NCBI GenBank assembly: GCA_965644295.1
Contig: CBFFRP010000071.1
Location: 1 to 64,000, forward strand
From: Paraphysomonas bandaiensis
Lineage: Eukaryota > Protista > Chrysophyceae
Direction of reading: 5' to 3'
Length of the DNA stretch: 64,000 bases
Position 1 is the stretch's first letter. Every line of letters begins with the position of its first letter. The position numbers and the translations under genes were made by a program. The notes beneath the pieces are model-generated. The model did no database searches. It was not told the DNA's origin and worked only from the letters and a program-made list of their open reading frames with translations. Below are positions 61,101-64,000 of this stretch, one piece after another.

Positions 61101-61804
61101 ATAAGCTTGCAGTTTATATATGACATACATACATAGATGTTTGAAGTATATATGTGTCACAGACGTGTATTAGTGTGAAGTATTCATATGGCACATATAT
61201 ATATATGCAGTACATTTGTGACAGAGACACACACACATATATATGGGCAGCATGTATGTAACAGAGACTTATATATGTAACATATACATATAATTCGCAC
61301 ATATATGTGTGCGCAGTACATATATAGCACATATACGTATACGTTTGTGCAATGTATGTATACTTAAGACGTGTATATGTGCAGGACACATGCGACAGAG
61401 AGATCTATAAGTGTGACATTCACAACAATGAAACATTCGGGAGGTGACAAGCAGATGCAAGATGTCGCCACTTTCACAACACCCATCATTCACACCATTT
61501 CCCATCACTTAAAGTCTGTCTCTGTTGGTTGGGATCGTGGAATCTCAGTTGCGGGAGAGGTGAAATGTGAGGGACAGAACGGAGCAGTATTTAGCTCAAA
61601 CCCCACAACAATTTGGATAATTTGGAAGAGCAGAGCAAGATAAACATGAGGATATGCTGATAGGTGTGGATGGTTTTGTATCAGTGGAGATACGGAGTGA
61701 CAAAGTTGGATATGATCATAATAATCACTCAAAATACAAAAACTGAAAAAAAGGGAATGACACGGTTTTGACCGATGACATGGTTTTGACCGACAGTGGT
61801 ATAC
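58104..61804. mobile_element. Foldback-type non-autonomous DNA transposon with ~1251-bp TIRs (58104-59354 and 60554-61804), probable TA target
   Basis: Mirror-image ORFs in the track. Arm coordinates sum to a constant, so there is no net indel, and about 2 substitutions were seen. Termini TA-TACCACTG..CAGTGGTA-TA, with tandem 18-bp subterminal repeats TCGGTCAAAACC(A/G)TGTCA. Confidence 0.85.
59371..60148. mobile_element. Older MITE-like element nested in the foldback spacer, with diverged ~90-bp TIRs (59371-59458 and 60057-60148)
   Basis: TACCTTGGTGTCT..CTTCAGTTTCTGGGAGGCCTGCGTCAACCTT..TGTCCAACTC matches the reverse complement of 60057-60148. TA at both ends. Confidence 0.7.
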
Positions 61805-62040
61805 CCTACCTACCACATCATCATCAGCAGATGGTTCATCTTATCAAATTTCAGTTTTCGCGACTGAAAAAAACATCCCACCACAATTGTATCATCGTCA
61901 TCATCAGCAGGCAGTTCATCATCAAAATTTATTTTCAGTTTTCGTGACTGAAAAGAACGTTATGATCGTTCACAGCAACGTTCTTCTGGAATATTTGAAC
62001 CCATCTGTAGAAACTTTCGAGGGATATTCTTCAAGTATGA

Positions 62041-63528
<1,488 letters not shown>

Positions 63529-64000
63529 GCTTTTGATCTATCCCGTTGGCATACTATGACTCCGCGTTAAGTTTGTTTCATTTCTCGAGGTATAGACATT
63601 TATTACTTGTGCATGGTTATATCTTCATTATCCTAATTCCTAATTAATCAAATTTGTTATCAAAGCCATGAAATAAGTAATTGTTACGAAGAAATTTATC
63701 CAGTAGCACCCTATGTTCTATGTTATCTAGTAGCTACCCTTATTTAAGGATGTATAAAATATAATAGTTCTCTTCGATGTCTATTTACATATTGCTTTTT
63801 CTTAACGAAATATTAATTACTCCTTTGTGACTTACATGTCCTATGTAGTTTATGAGAATGGTATGTGTGCGTATTATTACAATTGTCTAGGTGTAAGTTG
63901 CTATAGTAATAGTGTAATAGTTAAGTAAGAGCGATCAACTATTGTCAATATAGTACTCTTTTTGGTCAATTTTATCAACATTAAGTTAATGTGGAATATT

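Noticed and set aside
58092-61816. Short mirrored ORFs in the foldback arms as genes or a transposase
   Set aside because: They are low-complexity, have no DDE or other motif, and are mirrored only because of the inverted repeat.

Overview
Gene-dense eukaryotic DNA with short GT-AG introns and the standard genetic code. It is probably a flagellated stramenopile; this is inferred from the outer-arm dynein, GSIII, bacterial-type glucokinase, the ubiquitin variant and a CryptonS-like element. Host genes are an anoctamin, a glucokinase, glutamine synthetase III, an axonemal dynein heavy chain, an Elongin-B-like protein, a DOT1-like methyltransferase, a signal-peptide protein with four SET domains, a type I membrane protein, an AGC kinase, NSUN2/Trm4, a NOL7/Bud21-like protein, hexa-ubiquitin and two orphans. 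Three young mobile elements stand out. (1) At 1-7227 is a head-to-tail array of a 2286-bp decayed Crypton-type tyrosine-recombinase element. Its unit junction is an inverted-repeat site with a TATGTATGG spacer, and the array ends exactly inside that spacer, fused to a ~370-bp (TATG)n tract. This suggests site-specific integration of circles into TATG microsatellites. (2) At 36482-41049 is an LTR retroelement with apparently identical 583-bp LTRs, GTAC TSD, tRNA-Ala PBS and PPT, encoding only Gag and protease. (3) At 58104-61804 is a 3.7-kb foldback element with ~1.25-kb TIRs and a nested older MITE. Several smaller dispersed repeats are also present.
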